From Octopus bimaculoides (Eukaryota): 64,000 nucleotides of DNA. Shown here piece by piece: positions 36,186-50,462 of this stretch. The notes beneath the pieces are model-generated. The model was not told the origin of the DNA. It saw only the letters and a program-made list of their open reading frames with translations, and did not search any database. Location of the stretch: positions 95,814,330 to 95,878,329 of the forward strand of contig NC_068985.1 of assembly GCF_001194135.2 (NCBI RefSeq). Direction: 5' to 3'. Positions within the stretch are counted from its first letter, which is position 1. Each line of letters begins with the position of its first letter. The translations under genes were made by a program, and so were the position numbers.

Positions 36186-39100
36186 TACTTTACAAATTGG
36201 CTCTCATTTGCACAGTAGCTCCAATTTTGGAGTAAACCCTGCTGAAGTTATGTAGGAGGGTTATGAGCTAAACTCCAATCTGTCACCAAGTAACTAGTTT
36301 GTGACATCCAGTAAGGATTATGTTATTTTAACCTCTCAACACAATAAACATTCTTCAGTCCCATAATTGCTTTAAACTATACACTCCCTTTCTGCTAGTC
36401 CAGACTTTAAGGTTTAACATACACATCAAACAATTGTTCCTTTGAATATCATTGTTTCTCCGATATTTTAGGTCATTGGCATCTTGTGCCCACTTTTTTT
36501 TCTTTTTGTTTTTCATACTTGCATGGGTTGGACAGACCTCAGTATCTTGTCAATCTTTACTCTGGTATGTCTCATGACAATAATTTCATAGATCTAAGAG
36601 TCATACATCAGATCATGAGCCAATGTCCCAGTTCATAGCTCAATATATGAAGTTAAAAACAGTAAACAGAAATGTGGCCATGACGAAGATATTTTTTTTT
36701 TAATTGTTGGCTTTGTTGTAACCTTTTCATAAAATACAGTCATTGTCACAATTAATTTTGAAAATAATGATGAAGTTAATAGAATGACTAATGTATTTTT
36801 CTAACTCATTAGTGCCCAAATTTAATTTTATTACCAAAAAATTTTTTATATAACTTTATTTCATACTAAATATATAAAAAAAATTTTTATTACAATATTT
36901 GAAAGGCACTCCAAAGATATCTCAGAAAAATACAGGTTACAGAAATATGATGGATTATCCTTCTGGTCCTAAAAAAAGGACCATGGGCACTAGCTGGTGT
37001 TTGGAACATAAATTAACGTAGTTGACGTTAGGAAGAGCATCCAGCTGTAGAAACTCTGCCAAATCAGATTGGAGCCTGGTGTAGCCATCTGGTTCGCCAG
37101 TCCTCAGTCAAATTGTCCAACCCATGATAGCATGGAAAGCAGACATTAAATGATGATGATGATGTTTCAATGAAAAGCTTTACCCTTTTGTTATCATATT
37201 TATGCTGAAGTGAAAAGCCTTTGTTTTAATTAATTTTGAAAATTAACGAATTTAGTAAAATAAGTTACCATACTGAATGCACACAGTGGGACTGAACCCA
37301 AAACCATGTGGTTTTGAATCAAACTTCTTACCAGACAGCCAAGCTTGCGCCAATGTACAAATATACATTATATATTATAGGCTTCTTTCAGTTTCCATCT
37401 AGGAAATCCACTCACAAAGCTTTGGCCAGCTAGGGACTGTAATAGAGTACACATGCCCAGGGTTGGACTGAACCTGAAACCTATGTGTTTGGTAAGCAAA
37501 CCTCAAAATAATACAGCCATGCCTGCATCTATATTTTTCAGACAAACCCCGTTGTCTCCTCAGGAGAAATTCAACTGCACTAATTGGTGCAGTACAATTA
37601 AAAATAAATAACTACGTAAAGAAGATTAATAATAGCAATCATGACAGGGTTTACCTTGGTTGAAGAAAGTTATGATCGAAGGCATTCTGAACATGACCAT
37701 CCCATCCCATCTTTTTCCGTAAATGCCAAGAACTGAGGACCACTTTATCCAATATGTTCCACTCTAATATGATGGAGTGAGATTTGAGAGATTTTGGCTG
37801 CTATTTCTAGCAGATCAAGTGACCATGTAAAGACACTCAATGTTATTCTGAAATGTTAGCCAACACAATGAACGAAGGAATAAAATTTTAAAAGTTAAAA
37901 ACAAAAAAATTTTTTTTTTAATGAAATTTCAAATATGATAAGGACTAAGTCTCTTGGATTAAATTACCAAATAAATAGAAACCAATTAAAAAGAGTAAAT
38001 CTTTTATGTGAAATTTTCAATTATTCCCCACCCACCCGTTCGCCCCCACCTCACACACACACCTACTGTTTTGTTAACGCCACATGTAACAGACAAGATA
38101 GCAGGCTAAAACTCAACAATTTTCTTTGTATCAACACCAGTAGCTGGGTTGACAAAATATCTTGATAACAGCACAACTGTCAAGCCACTCCATCCCACAC
38201 TGCAATGACTGGCCCCACCCCTTTTACATGTTTTTCTTCTAATATCCAGAAGCTTAAAATGGGTCACATACACAAAACGTTATCTTTTTATCATCACCAT
38301 CATTGTAATTATTTTTACATCCGCTTTCGCTTTTTTTCTTAGGGTTAAATGAAACTTACTAATGTGGTTAGTATTCTATGGCTGGATGCCCTCGTTAGGG
38401 GCCAGTCGTTTATTTTATTCCACAAGTCTTTGCACCCTGAAACTGCTGAGATGCAAGACATTGAGATAGATGTAAACAATGTGCTAATGTTGCTCAGACA
38501 ACGTCATTGAGAAGACATACAGTTATATATGCATACATACACGCATGCAAATATATCCATGCATACATATGCATGCGAACATATGTGCATAGATATGCAG
38601 GCATACATATGCACATATGCATAAAAGCATGCTTTTATGCATGTGCATATCCACACAAACATATGCACGCAAATATGTGCACATACCTTATCTTTTACTT
38701 GTTTTAGTCGTTAGATTGTGGCCATACTAGAGCAACACCTTGAACTGATCACAGTACTTTTTTTTAAGCCTGGTACTTATTCAATCAGTCCCTTTTTGCA
38801 AACCACTATGTCATGGGGGTGTAAACACCCCAACACCAGTTGTCAAGTGGTGGTGGGACAGACACAGACACACGACAGGCTTCTTTCAGTTTCCATTTAC
38901 CAAATCCTCACAAGGCTGTAGTAGAAGACACTCGCCCAGTGGGACTGAACCTAGAACCATGTGGTTGGGAAACAAGCTCCTATCCACACAGCCACACATG
39001 CGTCTACGCATACTAATATAGGCACACTTATGCATACAAACGCATACACAGATATGCCTGCATACATATGCATAGACACACACACGCACACACATACATA

Positions 39101-39544
39101 TACACACATACACACGCTATAGGTTTCTTGACAGTTTCATTTGTCAAAGCCCAAAGCATGTCAGGCTGACGTTTCTGTGAAAACACAAACACCCAAAATG
39201 TCACAGACTGACTTCCCAATGTTAATTGAACTAATTCATTACATAACTGTAAACATCAACAGACACAAGTACCGTGAGCCAATGGTGTCTGCATAAGGTC
39301 ACTCAACCTGCTAGAAATAGCAACTAAATCTACCTTAGATTACACCTTACTGCTTAAATCTAGAAAGGACACATTGCATAGCGGTGTCTCGTGGACAGAA
39401 AGACATGATGATTACAATTGGAACTATTTCCCCACCCCACCTCATCCCACCCCCAGATTAGCTTAAGGCTGGCTTGAGGCCAAACAACCACATCAATAGC
39501 CACCAATTTTTCTCCAATATTATAATTTTAAAATACAAAGGAAT

Positions 39545-40157
39545 ATACATTGGTTTTAAATTTTGGCACAATCCTGCAATTTCTAGGGGAGGGTGGGGAG
39601 TCGATTACATCAACCCCAGTATTCAACTGGTACTTTTCTAATTGACCCCAAATGGATGAATGGCAAAGTTGACCTCAGCAGAATTTGAAAACAGAACATA
39701 AATACTGAGGAAACAGAGCTAAGAATTTTGTCCAATATGTTAATGATTCTATCAGCTTGACGCATTTACAAGATAATATATTCCTTTCTACTCTAGGCAC
39801 AAGGTCCGAAATTTTGGGGGAGGGGGCCAGTTGATTAGATCAACCCCAGTATGCAACTGGTACTTAATTTATCGACACCGAAAGGATGAAAGGCAAAGCC
39901 GACCTCAGCTGAATTTGAACTCAGAACATAAAGACAGATGAAAACCGCTGACGATTCTTTTCTACTACAGGTACAAGGCCCGAAATTTGGGAGGATGAGG
40001 TACCCGTTGATTAGTTGACCCCAGTACACAACTGGTACTTTATCAAGTCCGAAAGGATGAAAGGCAAAGCCGACCTCAGCGGAATTTGAACTCAAAATGT
40101 GAAAGCAAACAAAATACCACTAAGAATTTAACCCAGTGTGCTAACGTTTCTGCCAGT
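39545..40157 (-). mobile_element. Array of three head-to-tail family B SINEs
   Basis: Three repeats of the B consensus. Confidence 0.88.
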
Positions 40158-42108
40158 AATATATTGAGACAACAAACACATGGGTCACAAGATTTTAATT
40201 TGTAACAGCAGACCACATGAGTCCTTATTCATTTCTAGCTATAATCCGAACTTTTTATAGTTATTACCAACACTTATCAAGTAACACATCACAGTGATGG
40301 CTGAAATTTGTATCATTAGATATATCACATTACAAATATCAGGTTATGGAAAATCTGCTAGACTGTCATTCACTAATTAAATGACTACACTGACAACAAA
40401 AATACTATTATGCAAATCAGACTAAACAGTTTAGGGAAGCCATAACACATTATGACTATATACCTATAAATTAAGTACATATAGGCACGTAGAGATATGT
40501 ACATATGCATGCATATATACATGCATATATATATGTGCATATACACATATATATTCTTTTATTTGTTTCAGTCATTTGACTGCGGCCTTGCTGGAGCACT
40601 GCCTTTAGTCAAACAAACTGACCCCAAACAGACTGACCCCAGGACTTATTCTTTGTAAGCCTAATACACACACACACACACACACACACGCGCGTGCACA
40701 TGCATATATATGTATGTATATCTGTGTTTGTGCTTGCCGCCCCCGTTGCTTGACAACCTGTGCTGGTGTTTTTACATTCCCATAACTTAGTTTGGCAAAA
40801 GGGACCACTAGAATAAGCACTGGGTTTGATGCATTCAACCAAAAATTCTTCAAGGCGGTGCCCCAGCATGGCCGCAGTCTAACAGCTGAAATAAGTTTAA
40901 AAAATAGAAGATATGTTACAATACATTTTAGATTATGAAGCATTTACTCTTTAATTAATTCAACTGCTTGTTACACATCAGGCCATTAAAAGAATAATTT
41001 AATGAACATTGTATGTAGTATGAATAATTATCCAAACATCATGGTGTAGTTCATTGGTTAATAGCTCAGGGAAACAACAACAACCACTACCACAACAACA
41101 ACAACACCACATTCATTGACAGAAAGTGTGAATGAATGAGAAAGAAACAAATTTAAATAGAGTCACAATTAAAGATTATGTTAGAAAATTTAAGTAAAGT
41201 TAATATAAGCATGACATTACAAGGAGTCACAGAAAATGTCATGAAAGGCCACGAGTAGTCGTGCCCGCTCAACACAGCCACATGATTTACTAGAAACAGC
41301 AGTCAAATCTCTTTTGAAACCATACCCTTCTATATTCGAAACGAGGACATATTGGGTGTAACACATGATCTATTAGACTATGAACAGGATGGTTACACCT
41401 GGAAGGCTTCTTTTGATTATCAACACCAAAGGGAAAATATTTTTGCAATATGTTCATATTTACAAGCTAAAAATAGCACCTCTACATAGTCACTCAACCT
41501 GCTAAAAATAGCAGCTAAATTCTCTCAAATCACAATTATCTTTAAAAAAAAACAAAAAAAAGAGTACTTTGGACAAATTAGTCAAATATAACATACAGCT
41601 ATGTGGTTAAGAAGCTGACTTTATAACCAAATGGTTTTAAGTTCAATCCCACCTTGGGGTAAGTCTCCTATCATAAGCCTGGACCAACCAATACTGTGGA
41701 AGTGAATTTACCAGATGGAAACTATGTGGAAGACCCTTGTGCATGTGTGTGTCACTTACTGCTTGGAAACTAGTATGGGTTTGTTTATATCCCCTTAACT
41801 GGTTGGAAAAAAATAGAGAATAAGTACCAGGCTATATAAAAACAAAACAAAAAATGTACTGGGGTCGATTTGTTATACTAAAAGCCTTCAAGGCAGTACT
41901 CCAGTCTGGTCGCAGCCAAATAACTGAAACAAGTAAAAGGATGACGAAAGAAGACATTATATATTTATTTAGAAATGAGTTTGGAGGGATATCTTATCAG
42001 GGCGGTTACTGTGTTGGCTCTCAGTTGACAGCTAACCACAATGGCCAGTCCCCACATGTAGGTTATTATGATACGCTATATGTAACTACAAAATAGATTT
42101 TGTAGATT

Positions 42109-42117
<9 letters not shown>

Positions 42118-42158
<41 letters not shown>
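42118..42158 (+). repeat. (AT)n microsatellite (also 45331-45369 at a gap edge)
   Basis: Directly visible. Confidence 0.95.
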
Positions 42159-42161
<3 letters not shown>

Positions 42162-43278
42162 ATACCAGTGTGTGTGTATATATATATATATATTTAAATA
42201 TAAAGGATAGCCAAGATGTAACGTCTTTGATCCTAGATCTGCTCTGTCAGGATTGACCTGGGGTTAAACAGCAACAATATTTCGATGTTTTATCAAAAAA
42301 AAATATGAAGAAGGTAGGGGGGAAGGTGGGGGGGGGGAATAAATTTTGTCTTAAAATGTCAGGATCGAGTTGCAACCTAAAGAGAAGGTAATCAAGTGCA
42401 TAATTCTAATGAGATTAATGACAGCAAAACTAAAAGGTCAAGATTAATAACATTAACATACATAAGAGAAAGGGCAGGTGGTGGTGGTGTTATTGTTCAA
42501 CTATGGGTAAGCTCTGGGTTAGAAAATATTCCAACCACGACCACCCTATCTTTTTCCTGTGTGCAGGGAATCTACAATAGAAAACAATCCATTGTATTCT
42601 TTGCCAAGACAGTGGAGTGTGATATTAGATGGAGATCGGCTGTTATTTTTCACATGTTCTGTGACCATGTAAGGCGTAGTTAGTGTAAGGCTAAACTGAT
42701 TCAGTACTTTACTATACCATTTGTTTAACCCTTAGAGGCCGAAAAGTTAAATGAAGAACATTGTATTGGTTCATTCAATTTCCTACAAGGATATATATAG
42801 TTTCGGTAAGTAGCTTGCCTACCAACCATATGGTTCCGGGTTCAGTCCCACTACATGGCACCTTGGGCAAGTGTCTTCTAGTATAGCCTCAAGCCGACCA
42901 AAGCTTTGTGAGTGAATTTGGTAGACGGAAACTGAAAGAAGCCCGTCATGTGTGTGTGTGTGTCCAACATCGCTTGACAACCGATGCTGGTGTGTTTGCG
43001 TCCCCGTAGTCACATTCAGCCCAAACATTCTACCTATTTTATGTTCAAACCGACCACAACTGGCCTCTCACACCTTCCCTACAATGTCAGTCTAAAAAGC
43101 AAATAAACACGATCTCAATGATCTGATTAATTTAGAACAAAAGCTTAGTGTAGTCTTTTGACTTGCCTGTTCCTGTCAGGCTGTCCTACCCATTCCAGCA
43201 AGGAAACATTAAATGATGATGATGTTGATGATGGTGATGACGATATTTGACAGAATGATTTGAATGCCAAACGTTTAA

Positions 43279-45071
43279 TCCTTTTCATGTGCCAACCCAT
43301 TTGAAATGGCCTCCGTTCTGTGATACAAACTTCCTGTTTTTATGTTATCTTAATTAAAACCCGCCATCAGAGTTCCATATTAGTCTACGTTCCAAACAAC
43401 AGTTTAACCCTTTCAACCCAGAATTTTTTCTCATGATTTGGATGCATTTTCTCTAAAATTTTGGTGTGGCTGTGTGGTAAGTAGCTTGCTTACCAACCAC
43501 ATGGTTCTGGGTTCAATCCCACTGCGTAGCACCTTGGGCAAGTGTCTTCTACTATAACCTCGGGCCAATCAAAGCCTTGTGAGTGGATTTGGTAGACGGA
43601 AACTGAAAGAAGCCTGTCGTATGTATGTGTATGTATATATATATATATCTATATATATGTATGTATGTATGTATGTGTGTGTGTTTGTCTCCGCCCCCAA
43701 CATCGCTTGACAACCGATGGTGGTGTGTCCCCATAACTTAGCGGTTCGGCAAAAGAGACCGATAGAATAAGTATTAGGCTTACGAAGAATAAGTCCTGGG
43801 GTCGATTTGCTCGACTAAAGGCAGTGCTCCAGCATGGCCGCAGTCAAATGACTGAAACAAGAGTAAAGAGTAAATGCTTATTAGACCGTTTATGACGGTG
43901 CCAATTATGTAGACACTATTTTTAGTTTGGTACATATTTGTACCATTTGGGTTTTCTAATCTACCATGCATGTACCATTGGATTTAGATGAAGTACCATG
44001 TATGTACCAGTTGTATCAAAATACTTCAGTGAATCTTGCAAAAAAATGGTAAATTCCAAGTATTAGGGAGTAATATGAAGGTTGGTTGAAAAAATTGTAT
44101 GTTTGATTCACAACAAAAAGAAGTTTCTCTATAGAACAGTTTTATAACAACTGGCACAATCTTAGCTATACACCAAACTACAATGGTACGACTGTACCTC
44201 GGCAAAATTATTCACTTTTAGAAATATGTATTGCAACATTGTTGCAAGAATATTACTATCCAATACTTATAAATTATACACAATATCATCATCGTCGTTT
44301 AATTTCCGCTTTCCATGCTGACATGGGTTGGACGGTTTGACTGAGGACTGGCGAGCCAGAAGGCTGCACCAGGCTCCAATCTGATCCAGCAAAGTTTCTA
44401 CAGCTTCCTAACGCCAACCACTCAGAGTGTAGTAGGTGCTTTTACGTGCCACCGGCACGAAGGCCAGTCAGGTGGTTCTGGCAACAACCACGCTCAAAAG
44501 GTGTTTTTTATGTTCTACCTGCATGGGAGCCAGTCCGGCAGCACTGGCAACGACCATGCTCAAATGTTTTTCACGTGTCACCAGCACATGCACCAGTAAG
44601 GCAACGCTAGCAACGATCGTGCTTGAATGGTGCTTTTTACGTGCCACTGGCATGGGAGCCAATCAGCGGCCCTGGCAACAATGCCGCTTGGATGGTGCTT
44701 TTAATGTTGTTTATGATTAATACGTTTATAGTAAAAAAACAAATGTTATAAATAATTTAACAAAACACGAAAACCAATAATAAACACTTAAAAGTAGTCG
44801 GTAATGGCGGTGGGGGGGGAGAGATTGTATGCATGCAAGCCCTTGGAGCTGTCATTACAGTGTCGTGCACTCCGATCATATGTCTGGCACTACATACTTA
44901 CCAGAAAAACTGGAGCAGTACTTAACTGCATCAGATAGAATGGGAATTTGGGTTGTAAAGTTTTTGACTGAAAGGGTTAAGAGCGAAGTTATTTTATTAA
45001 ATTTTTCATAATTTTAAAAATTAACTGAAACAAAAGCAGCGTATTTCTACGGAGATTTGGTAACAAAAGCG
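43279..45071 (-). mobile_element. Family E1 MITE split at an internal TTAA by the insertion at 43408-44976
   Basis: The halves join as aacaacagtTTAA|gagcgaagttatttt, matching aacactagcTTAA-cgataactaagttatttt of the intact copy. Confidence 0.65.
43408..44976. mobile_element. piggyBac-like non-autonomous element containing a family A SINE (43463-43870) and a family C element (44285-44700)
   Basis: TTAA|CCCTTTCA ... TGAAAGGG|TTAA. Confidence 0.7.
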
Positions 45072-45327
45072 TAACCCATTCTTCACCATAATTTTGTTGA
45101 AATAGGTTTTCTCAATGTCATATGTAAACAAGTTTGTTTACATATGCAGTAATCTTTCTGACATCTAGCATTTCTGGATGACTTTATAACTTCTAAAATT
45201 ACAGAAGAATTTGTTGTTCAACAGTTTAGCTTAAAGGTAGAGCACTCTAACTGGATATTAGAGGGCTGTGAGTTCAATTCTCATGGCTGGTTGCTGACAA
45301 TTTTTTCTGCTCTTAAAAGGATTTTAT

Positions 45328-45369
<42 letters not shown>

Positions 45370-45791
45370 NNNNNNNNNNNNNNNNNNNNNNNNNNNNNNN
45401 NNNNNNNNNNNNNNNNNNNNNNNNNNNNNNNNNNNNNNNNNNNNNNNNNNNNNNNNNNNNNNNNNNNNNNNNNNNNNNNNNNNNNNNNNNNNNNNNNNNN
45501 NNNNNNNNNNNNNNNNNNNNNNNNNNNNNNNNNNNNNNNNNNNNNNNNNNNNNNNNNNNNNNNNNNNNNNNNNNNNNNNNNNNNNNNNNNNNNNNNNNNN
45601 NNNNNNNNNNNNNNNNNNNNNNNNNNNNNNNNNNNNNNNNNNNNNNNNNNNNNNNNNNNNNNNNNNNNNNNNNNNNNNNNNNNNNNNNNNNNNNNNNNNN
45701 NNNNNNNNNNNNNNNNNNNNNNNNNNNNNNNNNNNNNNNNNNNNNNNNNNNNNNNNNNNNNNNNNNNNNNNNNNNNNNNNNNNNNNNNNNN

Positions 45792-45885
45792 TGTGTGTCT
45801 GTGTGTGTGTGTGTCTGTGTGTGTGTGTGTCTGTGTGTGTGTGTGTCTGTGTGTGTGTGTGTCTGTGTGTGTGTGTGTGTGTGTG
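45792..45885 (+). repeat. Compound (TG)n/TC microsatellite at a gap edge
   Basis: Directly visible. Confidence 0.95.
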
Positions 45886-46751
45886 CAACATAGATAACAG
45901 GAAGGCACTGCCCAAATTAAGTGGGGAGATTTCTAATAATGGGTTGAAAATTTGTGAAACAGGATTTATATCTGGTCAAATGGTGGTGAGAAAGACAGAT
46001 AGATATATGGTTGTGGCTACAAATGAGTGTTTAAAAATAGAAACACACACAGCTAGGGAAAGGCAGTAACTTAGGTAAAAATATGCTGCTTTGAGTTGTT
46101 CATGTCTGCATTTGAACATTTATAGGTCTACATCATTCCCCTCTTCATAAAACAACACCAACACAACATACTCTGACATCATAGCAATGCTTTATCAAAC
46201 CAACAGACAGAAGTAGTTAGATTATCATTCTATAAAGTAGTAATGTTCTGCATAAGAACAAGATGTAATACGTCCATCATAAAGTATGTCATCGACACAG
46301 GATATCCTTTACTTCAAATAGGATAGGTAATAAAAGAAACTACTTCTGTCGTTTTAGATTTTTCACATAAAACCATCATCTGTTGTTGTTTTTAACCTTT
46401 TAGCATTTAAACTGGCTGTATCCAGTTCAAATACTCTTTAATTATTCAAACTGCATCTCACACCTAAGGAATTTCTGCAACTCATTTCAGAACAAATATC
46501 CCAAGAAACTTTGAAAAATCACCAGTATTTGAGTCTTTTTGTAGTAGATCATATCTTTTGGTGATATACATTAATGAAAGATATACACATGCATAGATAT
46601 CTTTGGTTACCTGAAGCTAAAGTATAAGATGCTTGTTTATGGTGTTATGCCAAGGGAATGAATCTGGAATCATTGTTGGAAGCTTTGTTTCCACATTTCA
46701 GACAAAAAAACTCTTGTAAATGATTCTATTATTGAGAACAGAGAGAATATT

Positions 46752-46981
46752 TCTTTACTGCCCACAGGGGGCTAAACATAGAGGGGACAAACAAGGACAG
46801 ACAAAGGGATTAAGTCGATTACATCGACACCAGTGCATAACTGGTACTTATCTAATCGACCCCAAAAGGATGAAAGGCAAAGTCGACCTCAGCGGAATTT
46901 GAACTTGGAACATAACAGCAGATGAAATACCGCTAAGTATTTCACCTAGTGTGCTGACGAACCTGCCAGCTCGCCACCCTA
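46752..46981 (-). mobile_element. Family B2 SINE (alternative 3' tail) with 15-bp TSD
   Basis: aacagagagaatatt at 46737-46751 and 46982-46996. Confidence 0.9.
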
Positions 46982-48869
46982 AACAGAGAGAATATTGGCA
47001 AAAGAAATATCACCATCATGGCATGGGTTGAATGGTTTGACAGAATCCAGGGGTCTCACAGACTGCTTCATGCTCTAGTAGTTCTGTTGATCTTACATTA
47101 TAAGTCTCCCACATTACGGAACAAAGTCTCTCATTACAGAATGCAGCTTCTTACATTACAGAAGAATTCTAATTTGAATAAAAACTTTAAAACAAAATGG
47201 GTGTGAATCACAAAATCAAAGAAAAGTTGGTACCAACAGAGTTAAAAAAAAAAAATTGGGGGAATCCAAAAACCCGAAGTATAATTCTAATTTTAGAAGC
47301 AGTACACCCATGATAAATTAATCACATCTTGATACGAAAATATTTGAACAAGCTTTTTTAGATGACAATCTAACCCTATTCTACATAAAACATTTTCCTC
47401 TAGATATGGTTAGAAGATATCTACTAAAAACTTCATTATTTCGAAATTAATGTAAAATGTATTTTACATACTTTACAATTAATCACTAAATTTTGCTGAT
47501 CGGGGTGTGAGGTGTGTCCTAGGAAAACAAACAACTGAATATTTCAGGTTTTAGTCATGTTGAACATTCAAAATGTTTAACGAATTTGTGCTAGATATTT
47601 AATTAACCAGTCCAAAAATTTTTGGACCAACTGAAAATATTTCACATTTTATCAGGTTAGTCAAGTACAGTTTATTTCCAGGAAATATCTTGGATATTAG
47701 ATCACTGAGCTTGCCTCAATCTAATCTTAATGAATTTCTAATTTATATTTATCTGGTAATATACAAAAATCTCAACTTTGACCAGAGACACACCTATTAA
47801 TAACAACAGCAGTTGACTTCACTCATCACTGCCCCATTCATATCATAACCTCTTGTCTGATAACAAAAACTAAGGGCTAAGACACTGCTCTCATCACCAT
47901 CTGACAAACCTACTGGCATTTTAATGAGCTAATGAGGTAACCTATGAAGCAGTCACTCAACAATAGAAATAACAGTCATCATCATTTTAATGTCTGTTTT
48001 CCATTGGTGTGGACAGAATTCATTGAGGCAGATTTTAACCAGATGTTCTTCCTGTTGTTAACCCTTCAGGGGTTTTCAAGTAAAGTAATATACTTCCCCA
48101 TGTCCAAACAAGTTTTCATGGACAATGGTAACATACAGTTACAACCATCACACACACTCAAGACACTAACACACATTGTGGTGGTTGCGTGGTAAAGAGT
48201 TTGCTTCCCTTCCATAAGGTTCTGGGTTCAGTCCCACTGCATGACACCTTGGGTAAGTGCCTTCTACTATAGCATCAGAATAACCAAAGCCTTGTAAGTA
48301 GATTTGGTAGATGGAAACTGAAAGAAGCTTATGTACATATATATATATATATATANNNNNNNNNNGAAAGAGAGAGAGACACACACATGCAAGCTTGTGT
48401 GTGATACCACCATTTGACGACCAGTGTTGGTATATTTACATCCCCATAACTTAGCATTTCAACAAAAGAGACTGATAGAATAAGCTATAAAAAAAAAAGT
48501 ACTGGAGTCAATTTATTCAACTAAAAACTCTTCAAGGCAGTGCCCCAGCATGGCCACAGTGTGACAGAAACAAGTAAAAGATAAAAGATGGTCTTAATAG
48601 AATAGCCTTTGCTCGTACGTCTTCTCAATCAGGTTGACCAGGGGTTAAACAACAGGTATATTTATATAACAGTTACACAGTTTTTTTATCTTATTTTATA
48701 GATGGTAACGAACAGAAATGCTTCATCTTGATAGTAATCTTAAGCCTAGATTATAGCTGGATGAACTGAAACTAGAAGATGACAAAGCCAGATGGTACAC
48801 AAAAATCTATTTTGGGGTTTGCTATCTCCCCAACCTGTTTTTATTAACATTCCTTCCTTACCAAATTAA

Positions 48870-49092
48870 CCCTTTCCTTACCGTATTTCTCTTGAGATGC
48901 TCTAGGCTTCTTTCAATTACTTTAAATATAACAAAGAATTTAGTAAAATAACTTAGTTATCGTTAAGCTAGTGTTAGGAACATAAACTGTAACTAAGGTT
49001 TGGTGGAAGGTTTTAATTCAAAACTTATGAAAGCAAGACATTTGTACTACACAGAGCCAGAGCCGGTTTCAGCCAGGTTGGTACCAAAAGGG
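48870..49092 (+). mobile_element. Intact piggyBac-like MITE, family E1 (223 bp)
   Basis: TTAA TSDs at 48866-69 and 49093-96. TIR CCCTTT-nnn-TACC. Confidence 0.8.
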
Positions 49093-49499
49093 TTAAGAAT
49101 TGTTTCTATTATATATTTTATCCCTTTTGTTACCATATTTCTGTTGAGATGCTCTGTGTTTCAAATGAAAAAAGGTTGTGGAACACTGCTTTGAAGGAGG
49201 TATTAACCTAGCTGTACATTAACCTGTTCATCTCGACATTTTTTCTGCCTCATGACCAACTGTGATGTACTCACCAATCACAGACAATGTGAGGTGGCAG
49301 TAGTTAGTATATTTATTTCCTTTAGACTGTGGACCAGAGATTTCTCTCACTCTTATTTCTTCTTCATTTTAGATTTAATGCCATTGCCCCAAGTCACTGT
49401 TGAAAATGTTGTTGTAATGCTAGAAGTAATGGAGGTAGTAAGAAAATTATATTTATCAAACAAAACATTCTATAGAAAACTAAATAAATAACTTCGAAA

Positions 49500-50195
49500 A
49501 TGAGTGTTTTCAGCAAGTTGAACTTCAATGGATTTAGATGGACAGGCATACAGGTCTGATATGTGCCAAAATCTTGTCCTCATCATGTACAATCGTCAAT
49601 AGAGTTGTCCGACTCCTTTCGAAAGATCATGCACTTTTTCACCATTTTCATGGTGTTTTATCACAGCCGGTTTATCCTCCAGCATTATAGCACGATGCTT
49701 AGTGCTTTCACTATGAATTTTCTCAGTAGCCATGGGGTCAAATAATAAAGTCACAAATGAATGAGGAAAGTAGCTGATAAAGAGACGCAAACAAATCTGA
49801 ATTCAAAACAATTGTGGGAATCACGAGTTACCACGACGCCTAATGGTAGTAGATACTAGAACTACTGTGCAATATGAGCTCCGAAAGACCGATAAGATAA
49901 CACAGCTGATTCCATGACTTCGTTCACTAAGCTACACTAATTTATGGTATCTTAACATTTACTGTACATATTTTAATGATTGTATATGCTTTTATTCTTA
50001 TTTATTGTACAATAACATGATTCTATGTGCTTTTAATGGTTTTCTAGTGATTTTATGATTCCAATATTTGTGGCGGACAGATGTAAAGTCGAGGAAAATT
50101 ACTTCACTTGATTTTTATTTTTATATTATTTTTGAAAACCTGACATATAATTGAGAACGACTTACATTGAAATGACTTAAGCCAAGGTATGTCTG
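49500..50195 (-). mobile_element. Tigger/pogo DNA transposon 5' fragment with decayed CENP-B-type HTH
   Basis: TA|CAGACATACCTT terminus (Tigger1-like). From ATG 49733: KHRAIMLEDKPAVIKHHENGEKV / SFERSRTTLLTIVHDEDKILAHIR (frameshifted). Confidence 0.8.
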
Positions 50196-50244
50196 TACTT
50201 GGCTGTGTTTGTGTAAGCCTCACTGTGACACCTACACAAAGGAG

Positions 50245-50462
50245 ACAGAGGGAGGTGAAGGAAGAGAGAGACAGAGGGAATGAGGGAGGAGAGAGACAGA
50301 GGGAGGTGAGGGAGGAGAGAGACAGAGGGAGGGAAAGGAGAGAGACAGAGGGAGGGAAGGAAGGAGACAGAAGAAGGGAGGGAAGGAGACAGAGTGCAGC
50401 AAGAGATAGGTGAGAGACAGAGAGAGAAAGAAATAGATACAGAGAGAGAGAGAGAGAGAGTA
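50245..50462 (+). repeat. Purine-rich low-complexity repeat (gagagacagagggagg-like)
   Basis: Directly visible. Confidence 0.9.
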
